Shown one piece after another: positions 12,760-25,659 of a DNA stretch of 64,000 nucleotides. The stretch covers positions 31,372,001 to 31,436,000 of the forward strand of contig NC_043004.1 in the NCBI RefSeq assembly GCF_006345805.1. Direction: 5' to 3'. This stretch comes from Octopus sinensis. Taxonomy: Eukaryota. The translations under genes and the position numbers were made by a program. The notes beneath the pieces were generated by a model. That model did no database searches. It worked only from the letters and a program-made list of their open reading frames with translations, and was not told the DNA's origin. Numbering within the stretch: position 1 is the stretch's first letter; each line of letters begins with the position of its first letter.

Positions 12760-12962
12760 TATATATGTTGTCAGTTGCCATGATAGATCGTTAGCCACTA
12801 CACACATTTTTTTCTCTCCTTGTTTTTTCTGTGTCCCTTTCTGTAGAAGAGCGTAGGCTTGAAACGTAAAAGACTTTTTCTATTTCTGAGCGTTATACGA
12901 ATACATCTGTTTTTTTTGTACACCACCTGTCTTTGTCTTTTGTTTTTTTCGTAAACTCTCCC
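12760..12962 (+). mobile_element. Penelope-like terminal repeat fragment carrying a minimal hammerhead motif
   Basis: GAAGAGCGTAGGCTTGAAACGTAAAAG signature with T-rich tail, embedded in TA arrays; inverted homolog at 15605-15830. Confidence 0.65.
12837..12872 (+). ncRNA. Minimal type I hammerhead-like motif, A6U core variant
   Basis: CTTT CTGTAGA A GAGC-GTAG-GCTT GAAAC GT A AAAG: stem I CTTT/AAAG, stem II 4 bp, GUA triplet. Confidence 0.55.
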
Positions 12963-12995
<33 letters not shown>

Positions 12996-13015
12996 TATCA
13001 CCAAGCTAATATGGC

Positions 13016-13340
13016 AGTCCAGAAATATAGGACGAATGCTGCCGTTGATTAGCTCCAAGAGACCATCGCCTCTAGCTAGTTATGTGACACATGAACCTGT
13101 GTGCATTATAACCTTCAAACAGACGGTCAGTAGTGATGCCTGCTGGGTTTGGCTGCTCTGCATTGATAAAGGGCAAATACCCTGAAACCAGTCTGCAGAA
13201 ACCTAACCAGCAAGGGAAAGCAGCTGACCTCCCCTGTTTGAAGGTTATAATGGACACAAGTTCATGTGTCACATAACTATCTAGAGGTGATGGCCTCTTG
13301 GAGCTAATCAACGGCAGCATTCTTTCTATATTTCTGGACT
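13016..13340. repeat. Fold-back/MITE-like element with ~115 bp inverted arms
   Basis: 13016-13130 is the reverse complement of 13224-13340 at roughly 90% identity; the spacer also self-pairs partly. Confidence 0.85.
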
Positions 13341-13434
13341 ATTTGCACTTTAAGTGCAACTTACTATATAAATTTGTAACTAATACAACACAGAGTAACT
13401 AAAGCTGAAGGAAACATGGGCTGCAGAAGCTCAT

Positions 13435-13615
13435 TATTCTTTTCTATTCTAGGCACAAGGCTTGAAATTTTAGAGGCGGGGGCCAGCCAATTAGATCAAC
13501 CCCAGTATGCAACTGGTACTTAATTTATTGATCCCCAAAAGGATGAAAGTAAAGTCGACCTCAGCGGAATTTGAACTCAGAATGTAAAGACACACAAAAT
13601 ACTGCTAAAACTGTA
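13435..13615 (-). mobile_element. SINE family B fragment
   Basis: CCCC(A)AAAGGATGAAAG...AAAGTCGACCTCAGCGGAATTTGAACTCAGAA, matching 48535-48770 and, reversed, 60775-61000 and 63225-63430. Confidence 0.7.
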
Positions 13616-13659
13616 TAAGCCGTAGCTAAAATCAAAGTCACAGAATGTAGTCATAATTG

Positions 13660-14951
13660 TGTGAAAATTAATGATTTTAACTTATGTCTCATTTAAGTAA
13701 CCAAACAAGCAAAATATACAGTGTTTTCTAAAAATCCATAATAACGTTTCAAACAAATATATTTTAATATTGGGTAGGACCACCTTTGGCAGTAATTACA
13801 GCTTGAATTTTACGAGGTATGGACTTGTACAAAGTTTGAATTGTTTCCAAAGGAATTTTTGTCCATTCTTCAGCTAAAACAGTCTCCAGCTCTTGTACTG
13901 ATAATGGTGGAGGATATCAACTCCTTACTTGTTTTTCTAAAATGCACCATAAATGTTCAATAATATTGAGATCTGGGACACTGTGGTGGCCAGATAAGAT
14001 GTTCAACTTCACTAGAATGTTCCTTATGCCATTCAGTAACAACTTTAGCTGTGTGAATTGGTGCATTATCATCCTGAAAGATTGCATTTCCCTCCGGAAA
14101 CAGTTCTGCAACCATAAGGTGAATTTGATCAGATAAAATGCTTAAATAGTTGTGGCTATTAATTCTGCCATGAATGGAAACCATTGGGCCAGCAGATTTC
14201 CAATATATAGCCCCCTCCCCCAGATCCTCCTCCATGTTTAACAGTTGGAAGAAAGCAGTCTGGGTCAAATGCTTCTTTTGGCTGTCTCCACATGTATACT
14301 CGGCTGGTGATTGGAAATAAGGTAAAAGATGACTCGTCCAAGAAAATAACATTCTTCCACTGTTCTAGGGACCAATTCTATAGGTTTTTACTCGGCTCTA
14401 AACACTTCACAATGATTGTTTTTGAAAGTAGTGGTTTTCTGATTGCTTTGTGCAGCTCCTGGCGAACAGTTTTTGCAGAAACTGGGTTCTCGAGGTGGTC
14501 GTTAAGCTCTGCAGTAATTTTGGGAGCTGTACTTTTGTAATCCTTTCTAACAATTCATGTAAGAGTCCGATGATCCCTATCTGAAAGCTTTGGTTTTCTT
14601 TCGGAGTTTTGTTTCGACGAGGAGGTTTTTCCCTCTTTCTCAAAGGCTGTCATTACTTTTGAGACCGTACTTCTTGATACACCAAACATTTCGGCTGTTT
14701 TCGTTATGCTAGTGCCTGCCATATGAGTGCCAACACTTTGACCTCTTTGAAAGTCCAATAGATCTGTCATTTTAATTAATTTTAATTACCTTTTTCTGAT
14801 GATATCTCAAAAGAAACAGCAATTTTAGCAAAACATATTAAGCAACACTAATAATAAATCAAAAAACATAAAAATAAACAAGCTTTTAATGGTTTTATAG
14901 ATATTTCAAAATTATGATGCTAGGTGTTTTCATTATTTTGTCCAATCCCTG
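13660..14951 (-). mobile_element. Decayed Tc1-family transposon with a frameshifted DD34E-type transposase (13764-14770)
   Basis: Minus frames give MTDLLDFQRGQ...VSRSTVSKV (HTH), DESSF, TVKHGGGS, FQDDNAPIH, PDLNIIEHLW and AKGGPTQY*. Terminus TA-CAGGGATTGGAC at 14953-14941; the other TIR was not found. Confidence 0.92.
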
Positions 14952-15026
<75 letters not shown>

Positions 15027-15604
15027 GAGTAGGGAAGAGAAAGGCTGAATAAAACATCAAGAAATATACCCATAGTAATCATGACTTCGCTTAATAATGG
15101 ATCATTAAATTCCACCTCATTATAACATTGCAGTAAATCCAGTGGAAGAAGTTTGTATGCACATAATCAACTAAAATGATCCTTAAGAGCAATGCATATT
15201 TAAGCTAAAATACAGAAAAGGCATAAATTTCACAGGTACATTGTAATTTGATTACTTTCAACAACTGTTTCATTAAGAATAAACATAATTAATTTAAAGC
15301 AATACTCATCCCAAACCCTCCAGAAATTCTATCAGCTATGTTAACCATAAACCATGACTCCTACAAAAATATATAAAATATAAGACTCTGTGGATTGAAG
15401 AATAGATTAAAATATTATAGAAAAGAAAGTTCACTAATGTTAATTACTATTTCAATAGCTTACCATAGCAATTTAGATATTTAGGACTGGAATGGTGTTT
15501 GCTACCAGTTCTTATCCATTTGATGTTACAATTTTAAATTAATATGCCATTTTTCTTTACTGCTTGACCTAGTTAATCTTTGTGTGTGTGTGTATATATA
15601 TATA

Positions 15605-15830
15605 TAACGGGAAGGTTTACGAAAGTAAACAAAAGACGAAGGCAGGTTTACGAAAATAAACAAAAGACGAAGGCAGGTGGAGTACAAACAAACAATTGTA
15701 TTAGTATGGCACTCAGGAATAGAAATAAAACAAGTCTTTTACGTTTCGAGCCTACGCTCTTCAACAGAAAAATACACAGAAAAGAAACAAGGAGAGAAAA
15801 AAAATGCGTGCAGGAGCTAACGATTCACCA
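15605..15830 (-). mobile_element. Penelope-like terminal repeat fragment, same family as 12760-12962
   Basis: Reverse-complement similarity to 12760-12962, including the hammerhead motif. Confidence 0.65.
15736..15771 (-). ncRNA. Minimal type I hammerhead-like motif, A6U variant with intact stems
   Basis: Minus strand: TTTT CTGTTGA A GAGC-GTAG-GCTC GAAAC GT A AAAG. Confidence 0.6.
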
Positions 15831-16700
15831 TGGCATTCTGATTTCAGCCAGATGTCAGAGATCAGATGTTAGACGCTAGAAGGATAGTAGGGGAGATAAC
15901 AGGGTCAAGTGACCTCGCCCCAACATAAGGGTGTGTGTGTGTATAAGAAAGTATGTATACGCACACATGCTCACTCTAATACATTGTTGAGTCAACATCA
16001 AATTAACCAATTTGGGTCAGATGGCTCATAGTTTAACCTTTGCAATGTCTCTTTCATGCATGTGTGTGTGATGAATGAGCAAAAACAAGTAAAAACATGG
16101 GAGGTACAAGGTTTAACAAAGGTACTATTAGCCCAATACTTGAAAGGAAAGCATCAACATTTTGGACGATAGTCCTTCATCAGAAAAGAAAAGAGCAAAT
16201 GTAGTGGAAAGAAGAATAAGTTTTCAAAAATCCAAACAGTTGAAAGTTAGGCATAGTGGAAGGGAGAGAGAGAGAGAGAAGGAAAGGGGGAGGGCAAGAA
16301 GAGAAAGGAAAGAAGGATGAGGTAAGTGACCACAGAAGATTGGGTGCAATATACAATGCAGTGAAAAAGTGAACAAGTCTATGTAATCGTTGAAAATAAT
16401 GACAAATGAGCAAAAACATGTATATATGTGCATGTTGCACATACATACCATTACATTGTTGTATTCACATTGAATTAACCAAATACACTCAGACTGTTCT
16501 TTTGCATTGCTTCTTTTTGTATTTTGAAAAAGAGAAACAAAAAGTTAACAAGGAACTGTCTCTGTGGTTACTCAACTTGGTAGATATTGTAAATAACCTT
16601 ACTCAAATTAAAACAAACTGTCTTTTAAAAAAAAAGGACATGGATATACAAGTAAAAAAAAATGGTTCATCTGGATCTTTCCTTGTAAATTGAACGTTTT

Positions 16701-16766
<66 letters not shown>

Positions 16767-19564
16767 TTGTCATCATCTTTTAATGTCCTTTATTCATGCT
16801 GGCATGGGTTGAATATTTTGACCAGAGAGCTGCACTAGCTTCCATTCTGATTTGGCTTGGTTTCTATGGCTGAATGCCCTTCCTTATGCTAATTGCTTAA
16901 CAGTGTGTGTTGAGGTGTGTGTGTGTGTAAGCTTCTGGAATCCATAGCATAAAAGGATTTTTCATCATGAATACACTGAGTTGGTTGACATGATATTACG
17001 TTAGACTAAATGTTTGTCTTTCAAATTCCAATTCTAAATGGATTTGACTTTGTCTCTCTTCCTTTTAAAATCAATAAGATGAGTGTCAGTTGTATACACT
17101 AGTATTGATCAGTTGACTGTATATCTTTTTCCCATAAAATGTTTTTCTCTCAGTGTATCTGGGTAACAGAAGTCATAGTGAATCTGAGATTCACCTTCAA
17201 AAAAGAAGTATCTACCAGAAATGAAACTACTTCCTTAAAATTCAACTATGAACTAAAGTTTCTATGTTTTTGTTTAGTCTTTCAGCTAAAAACAAATTTC
17301 TAGAAGTGTTTATCTGCAGTGTTCATTGTATAATAGATGAGGGTAACTGCTTTTTGGTTTTCTCTTTAATCTATTTAAGTTAGCCTTTGATGATTCTGTG
17401 TGTGTAGATTTAGAGAAGATTTTTTACAAACAGCTCTTAAATATTAAATATTCACAATCTTAACCATCTGTGTATATATAATCCACTAGTTGTGATCTGA
17501 AACAACACTAGCCAATGATATATAATATGTACTGTGGGTAAATTGGTGCAGGGTTCCATATTGGATAAATTATGTAGAGTGTTTGAGTTTCTTATAGCTG
17601 TGTGAGGCTGTAGATGTTACATCTACCCTAACATGAAGACGCCAACTTAAATTTTATCAATAGATTCCTATATTTCTAGATGAAAGAACTTATAGTCATT
17701 AACAAAGTTAAATACAGATATCATTAAATAAGTTGATTAAAGTAAAGACTATCAAGTCACTTTGACCTCTGGTGTCCTTGTGGAACATCTACAAGGCTTG
17801 TGTAGTATGCTGCAGTAATAGTTTGTTTTTGCCCTCCTCAAGAGTTCAATCTGCTCCTACCATAGTAAACTGTACTTGGTCCATCCTGTGTACTTCTGTA
17901 TAACTTCCATCTACCAAATTCCACTCATAAGGCATTGGTCAATCAAAGTTTACAGACAAAGATATTTGCTTGTGGTGTTGCACAATGGGATTGAACCTAG
18001 AACTGTATGACTGCAAAGCAAACTTCTTACCCACGTAGCCAGACCTGTTGTCTGATTAATAGTAGTTAGAGAGTGGTTTACTACTGGCCTTGCACATAGA
18101 CTTTTGACTTGTTCAATTATATAATGATTTTTGTCATAGTTTATGTTGTATTTTGTTTTTGGTTTGTTTAATGGAATATGATTTATTTCTCTCTATAATT
18201 ATCACCATTGAAAACAATAGCGTTTATTGAACTCTGATATTACCATATTTCTGTTGAAGTATACTGTTTTTCTCTTCAATTTTGAAAATAATGAGGATTT
18301 CATTGGAATAACTTTGAGGTTTGGAACAAATTAACATAGAATTTTGATGGAAAGTTTTAATTTAATATGATACAAATCCCTTTAAAACAGGGATTTGTAT
18401 CATAGAACTAGAGGCAGTCTGTGGCTGGGTGCTATTAAAAGGGTTAATTATATTTTATTTATATTTGAAATAAACGACAAAATTTTTTGTGTTGAATTTA
18501 ATTTGTCAAAATAAATTAGTTTCTAAATATATCTTGTCTTAAATTATATATTTGTTTACATGTAATTATCAACTTACATGATCATTTGTGTTAATGCTTC
18601 CATGTCAGTTTTATTTCTTTTTCTAGGATTTGATGTCTCCTTCATCTTTAAAATCTATGGTATATCTAACATTTTTTCTTGCTGTTCCACTTGCCTATAA
18701 AAAAAAAAAAAATTAGTTTGCCTGAATGTCACAGTTGTTACTCCATCACATGTAGTCCCTGTATGAAACACTGCTCTTTCTGCACCAGTCTTTTACAGTA
18801 GCATACTCAAGCCTTGTCGCTAATGTACACCTTACTGCTAATTAATACGCAGTAAGAATATTCACACACTGCTCAGTCTTATTGATGAATACTCTGTGAC
18901 TACAGACAACATTCTAGTAATGGTTATGAATAACTCCTCTTTTAATTGATTATTTTTCTTTTCTTTTTATATATTTGTTTTTGTTGTTGTGTGTTCGCAC
19001 ACAGTTTATCAATGATGTTTTGGCACCATTGCAACACACAAAAAGACACCATAGCAACATTAAATATAATCTCTAGAATCTATGAAGACGAGATGTAGTA
19101 GTCTGTTGGAATAAGACTTAGTTGATTATAAAACATAAATCAAGATTGGTTAATGTGCAGTGGGAAGAAATTTTCTCTGATGATGAGATCTGTCTGAAGT
19201 ATTTGCTACTTATTCGCACAGCACACTTAATGTACATCTATTTTTGATGGTTAAACATATCTAAGATGAATGCTGAGCACCATAATTTTATTTATTTTGA
19301 GTTCTTATATAATATTTAAATATGATTTAATGAACAGTGTGTGTGTGTGTGAGGGTTTACAATAGTGAGAGGAAGAAGGGTAGCTCTTGTGACCCTTATT
19401 GCAAATCTTCCAAGACTTGTTGGTTGGCGGAAAGGAACAGTAAACTACAACTTCAAATTAAAGACACACTCTGAATACTTGAAATAGAGTGAACGATATT
19501 AAAGGCTCTTATGGACAAAGCAGCTGTGCTTAACAAAGTAATTGATTAAGTCTACCACTTCAAA

Positions 19565-19812
19565 TTGACCCTGTTAAAGAAACACAAGGCCCAAGTGGTG
19601 GAATTAGAACCTAATAAACCCTTTAAAATACTCAAGGACCAGCTATTGATAGTATTAGACACCAGTAAACACTGCTAAAGACACCTGAGGATCTGATGTT
19701 GGTATTACACCCTAGTAAACTCTTTAAAATATTTGATGACCAGATGTTAGTGTTTTACTCTTGTAGATCCTATTAAAGAGACCAAATGTCTAAGTGGTGG
19801 TATTAAACCAGA
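19565..19812. repeat. Diverged ~49-bp minisatellite, ~5 units
   Basis: TAAAG/TAAAA anchors at 19575, 19624, 19676, 19725 and 19774, each followed by a GTGGT/GTATTA-like motif. Confidence 0.6.
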
Positions 19813-22800
19813 TGACAAATTAAATCTGATGATTATATGATTAAATCCACTGTAGTTTCATTTAGATACCAGTATAAAAGCATGGTACAGATTTAATTAT
19901 ATAATAACCTGCATAAACATCAGAAACTCTAAATACTTTATAGTAAATGTGTAGAAAGCACTTGTTTGTTACACATAATTAGCTACACATATCTAGCTGA
20001 ATATCTATGTCACACATACAATTTCAGCAAAGGTTTTAAATATTAGTTAAAAGAAAATTTATTGATTCTTTAAGATAGTCGGATTGTTTCTGAGTAAAAG
20101 ACCTGTAACTGGCGAATGGGAGAAAAAGAAATTTGCTTGTAGTGTATATAATAGAGAAGGTTGATTATGTAAAACTTAACCATGGATAACCTTCGAATGT
20201 TTTAAAGACTTCTTTGTGTGTATAACAGATGTATATTTAGCTATTTGTGAATGACCAATAAGTTTTAGAAGAGTGTAGAATGGGGAGAGAGGTAAAAAAA
20301 TAATAATTTCTGTTATTGGTTGTCTCTGAAGAATCAGATGGGAAAATGATTCCCTACCATGAATATTCAGCGTAGAAGTCTTGAATGACTTAACTGCCAA
20401 GTTTATCTTCTATGAAGACTACAATTCATCCAAACTCCATTCAGTCTTACTATGTTACTGTAGACAGCAAGAAAACCTCAACAAATTGCTCCAGAATGTT
20501 ATATTTATCTTAGTCACATCATTGTAATCACAAAAATATATCAACATAACTAACACAATTATCATTATATATATTAAAGGTTTAAATAACGATACAGGTA
20601 GTAATTGTTTTTGCTGGTTAGTGATGTGATAAGGGGAGATTACGAAAGCTGATGAAGAGAGATTTAGGAATAACAAATGAGTTTAGATTTAGAGAAAAGA
20701 TTGAGAATAAGTCAGGGTATGAACAGGGTAGATGTTGAACCTACCAGATGAAATTAATTCAATGTTGTATTTACTGTTCACTACTTTTGAAAAAACATTT
20801 CTTTTCATTTTTGTTATATATATATATATTTGTTTGTTCATTTTACATACTTTTTCCCCATGCTTGCATGGGTTGGACAAATATGTATGTGTGTGTGTAT
20901 GTATGTATGCATGCAATACATGCATGCATGCATTGTAGGTAGATTTCTGTGTAAATATATTTCTTTCATTCTGTTTCTGTTTCGTTTTTCACTTCACTCA
21001 CAATAATTAATCTTTCTGCATATGTATTTTCTTCTTTCATTTTCATATTTTCACTCACTTATTTTCTTTGCAACTGTAAAAACATTTTTCTTTTTATTCA
21101 CTTGATTTATTTCAGATTTATTGAATATATTGATTGAATGCCTATATTTATATGGCTAAGAAAGGTGAGATAGAGAGAGTTGTAATCTGGAAATTGTATT
21201 TTGATGCTGCAGGTCAGAGCCTGTCTAGCCGAATAGCACCACATGATTCATAAATGGAGTTATGTCACTCTACATTTAAGTAAAATTGTATTTGAAGCTG
21301 TTGTCTTGGTTTGTTCTGAAGAATTTCAGATTTGAATGTGTTGGGATGTATGAGTTTGATGCATCTGAAATTAATATTCACCAAATCTAGAGATAATGTT
21401 TCTCTATTGTGATTATAATTTTATCAGGTGTTTAAAGTATAATGGTCCTAGTCTTTTTTTTTAATTTAAATTGATTACTACATCATTATTACAAGCAATT
21501 AATTGTAAAGGGTATGCACTAGAGAAGAGAAATTTTTGACCTAGTATTAAGGTGGTTCATTCAGATCTGAGAATATTGGCTCTTACAGGTGAGATGATGT
21601 AGGATTGAGACCAAGTAGAGATTTACTGAAATACAAACTATTCAAATTTGCATTAAAATTGAAAGTAGAGAGTGATGATGTTGATGATGAGGACAACAAT
21701 TCAACCAAATCCATATTGAATTCTTGGAGCCAGTATTTTACTGCTGTATATATCCCATTATTAACTAATGATTGGTAATAGAACATTGGTATGTAAACAG
21801 ACTTAAATAAATTACCTCTCAACCTAATAACCAAAGAACAGTATGGTAGTTGGGACACAGGATGTCTGTATATATCATATCATTTTAATGTCTGCTTTTC
21901 TGGATTGGCTGGAATTTGTTGAGGCAAATTTTCTACAGCTGGATGCCCTACCTGTTGTCAACCATCACCTGCCTCCAATAAGATATTTCCCCATGGACAG
22001 GCATGTTTTCATGGAAGATTGGAATGAAGGACATCTTATGTGATAGAGATGCTTGTTAACAACTATCATACAATGTCAAGCAACAAAGGAAACACACACA
22101 CACACATCTGACAGGCTTCTTTCAGTTTCCATCTACTGAGTCTACTCACAAAGCTTTGGTCAGCAGTATGTCAGGTTCTCTTATGTCATGAGATAACTTA
22201 GCCATTCAATGGGAAATCAATGACTAAATAACACTAGACTAAATAAAATAAATACTAGGATTAGTGTTAAGAAATAGAATCCCTTGATGGTAGTGCTCCA
22301 ACCTGATCACTGTCCAGTGACTGAAAGAAGGCTAAAAGAGTCCATGCAAGGACCTTATAATGGTGGGGTTTTCTTCTAATTCTGTTCCAGTAAACATCTA
22401 GTACCTGTTAGCTATCTGTATATCTTACTTGATTTTACATGAAGCATGTACAATTATTGTCTAGAGATGCAATACTACAAATATTTGAACTCATGGTCTT
22501 GATCTGTGAATTAATGATCCAATCAATACTTTAACTACGTGACTGATCTATGTGTATTTGTGTGCTGACACAAAACAATGTCTTAGGAGAGGTTTTTGCT
22601 CCAATATGGATATAGTTTGTCATTAACTCACTATTTTAACACCATTACACACACCTTGTCCAAAACTATGAAAAAGATAGACTTTTTAAAATATTTTTCA
22701 ACAGTCTAATTGTGGTTAATTATATATCTAACTAGCAAAAAAAAAAAAACCTTCACATGAAGGAATCTAATTTTCATGAATTCAAAGGATAAATATAAGT

Positions 22801-22859
22801 TTCTGAGTTTTTGAATTGTTGCTGATTGGAAATTGAAAGATGGTAAGCTATTATGGCTG

Positions 22860-23205
22860 GCAGAGAAGCTTAGAATCTTCTTTTACTTGTTTCAGTCATG
22901 CTAGGGTATTGCCTTGACAGGTTTGGTTGAACAAATCACCTCCAGTACTTATTTTTGAAGTTTGCTATTTATTCTGTTGGTTTTCTCTTGTCAAACCTTT
23001 AAGTTATAGGGAGGTAAAACCAGTACCAGTTGTCAAACAGTGGTGGAGGTAAGCAAAAACACATAGATGTGTATATATAATGGGCTTACACACAGCTTCC
23101 ATCTACCAAATTCACTCACAATACATTTGTAGAGGACTATAGTAGAATACACTTGCCCAAGGTACTAAGCACGCTTCTTAACCATACTGCCACACCCACA
23201 CCTAC
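22860..23205 (-). mobile_element. SINE family A, degenerate copy
   Basis: Reverse complement of the 27350-27740 family (TTTTACTTGTTTCAGTC...TTCCATCTACCAAATTCACTCACA). Confidence 0.7.
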
Positions 23206-23220
23206 AAAAAGTTAAGTAAC

Positions 23221-25345
23221 CATCATCATCATCATTTAACGTCCATTGTCCATACTGGCATGGGTTAGACAGTTTGACGAGGTCTGGCAAACTGGAAGGC
23301 TGCACCAGACTCCAGTCTGTTTTGGCATGATGTCTATGGCTGGATGCCCGTCATAATGCCAACCACTTTGAGAGTGTAATGGGTGCTTTTACGTGCCATG
23401 GGCATGGGTACCATTTGTGTGACACCGGTATCTGCCATGACTGTGGTTTTACTTGGCTTGATGGAGTTTCTTCTCAAGCATGGCATAACGCCAAATGATC
23501 TTGGTCCTTCCCTCTGTGAGGTCCAACGCTCGAAAGGTGGTTTTACCTATTTCCATGACACCACTATCTGCTACAACTGCGATTTTATTTGGCTTGATGG
23601 GTCTTCTTCTCAAGCACAACATAATGCCAAAGATCATTGCCTTTGTGTGGCCCAACATCCAAAAGGATCTCAACCACTTTTCCTCCATGAGTCTCAATGC
23701 TCGAAAGGAGCTTTTTACATGCCACCTGTACAAGTGCCGGTTATGCGACACCAGCATCAACCACAACTGTGATTTCACTTGGCTTGACAGGTCTTCTCAA
23801 GCACAGTATATCACCAAAGGTCTTGGTCACCAGTCATTGCCTCTGTTCGGAGATCATGCTTCACCACCTCATCCCTTGTTTTCCTGAGCGTACCTCTACC
23901 ACAGCTTCCTTCCACAGTTAGGGATCAGCACTTCTTTACACAGCTGTCCTCATCCATACACATCACATGACCATATCAGTGCAGCCATCTCTCTTGCACA
24001 CCACATCTGATGCCGTTTATGCCTTTTTTCTGAAGATGCTTACACTCTGTCAAACATGCACACTGACATTGCACATCCAGCGAAGCATATTGGCTTCAGT
24101 TTTTTCAAACCTATGCATGTCCTTGGCTGTCACAGTCCATGTTTCACGGCCATGTAGCATAGGTGTTTGCATACAGGCATCATACAATCTGCCCTTCACT
24201 CTGAGAGTGAGGCCCTTTGTTGCCAGCAGAGGCAGGAGCTCTCTAAACTTCGCCCAGCTTAATCTTATTCTGACAGCTTTTTTCTTTGTTAACCTTCCTC
24301 TGATATTGATGCACCTTTTCTGTGTCCAAAGCTTACATCAGGTGCATCTTACAGAGTTACTACCTACATGTTTTCTATAGATTGAGCAGGGACATCTACC
24401 TGAAAGGATTTATGATTTGTCTGCCTTCCTACTTACTAAGACTTTGGTTTTTGCTAGGTTAACTCTAAGGCCCTTCGATTCTAGACCTTGCTTCAATACC
24501 GGGAACTTCTCTAGTTCTGGTAGTGATTCAGCTATAAGAACAAGGTCATCAGGAGCTCCCTGAGGCAGCTTGTCTTAAATTCCCCTCTGTCATTGTCTGG
24601 AGGACTATGATGAACAAGAGAGGGCTTAGGGCCAATCCTTAGTGAACCTCTACTTGTACCCTGAATCCTTCACTGTACTCATTGCCAATTCTCACCTTAC
24701 TGGTAGTATCTTTGTACATGGCTTGTACAGCTCTTACAAGCCACTCAGCCATCCCTAGTTTCAGCATTGACCACCAGAAAAGGGATCAGGGACCTTGTCA
24801 AAAGCTTTCTCCAAGTCAACAAAAGTTAAGTACAGAGGTTTATCTTTGGCTATGTATTTCTCTTGCAGCTGCCTTAACCAGAAATATAGCATCAGTGGTG
24901 CTTTTCCCTGGCACAAAACCAAACTGCATGTCATCTAGACTAACTTTCCCCCTAATTAGTTGGGCTATGACCCTCTCCATGACTTTCTTCACTTGGTCCA
25001 ACAATTTGATACCTCTGTAATCATTCCCATCTAATGTGTCACCTTTACCTTTGTAGCAGTTAACTATGGTGCTGCTACACCAGTCATCAGGTATGACTCC
25101 TTTGTGAATCACCTGATTTACAATGCAGGTGACTGAACCGTCACCTACACCAGCAGATATTTTAACCATCTCAGTGGTGATTCCTGAAGGGCCAGAGGCT
25201 TTCCATGTCTTCATATCCTTAATTGCTTTATCTACCAAGATACTGTCAATTCGGGTAGCTGGTCCCTCAATTGGGCCAACATTTGGCAGGCTCTCCTCCT
25301 CCCATTAATTCTCTACATTCAGCAGTATTTTGTAATGGCATTTCC
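23221..25345 (-). mobile_element. 5'-truncated, decayed RTE-clade LINE (RT, C-terminus and 3' UTR with (ATG)n tail)
   Basis: Minus ORF 24840-25238: KASGPSGITTEMVK...YKGKGD..NDYRGIKLL..MERV..QFGFVPGKSTTDAIF. A C-terminal MLRWMCNV-like segment lies near 24000-24100, and the tail TTAAATGATGATGATG ends at 23221. Confidence 0.9.
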
Positions 25346-25659
25346 AAGTCTCTTTCTTTGCAATAATCATCATTTAATCTCCTTCCATGCCAAGCTCTAG
25401 CAACTGCTTTGGCATGGTTTCTAGGACTTGGCATGGTTTTCTAATGCCAATCACTTTACATAGTATACTAGATGGTTTTTGGTAAGCGTCCAGGCTGCAG
25501 CTTCATACAAACGGACTGACTCTACTGTTGCATGGAAAAAATTCCCCTTAAGATTGTCTAACAGAGTTGATTTCCAGACAAAACCACTTTTTTTTTTAGG
25601 GCTGACTATGCTTTGGCTGTCCAAGTTTTTATATCCTTTTCAGTTGAGGTTAATACAGA

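Noticed and set aside
14933-15150. Protein-like minus-strand stretch (YNEVEFNDPLLSEVMITMG) with a GTATAT donor
   Set aside because: An in-frame TGA lies between the only nearby acceptor and the stretch; no partner exons found.
1026-18660. Fragments GLAVTIG, VQKVFKFFQ and IFKIYG (near 18627-18660) resembling GOLT1/Got1
   Set aside because: They cannot be joined in frame through canonical splice sites, and similarity ends after a few residues; treated as coincidence.
20080-21780. Codon-like purine-rich segments, including an acidic stretch (ESDDVDDEDNN) and ATGGATAACCTTCGA (MDNLR)
   Set aside because: Interrupted by stops (MDNLRMF*), with no usable splice sites or recognisable family; not SFT2 exon 1.
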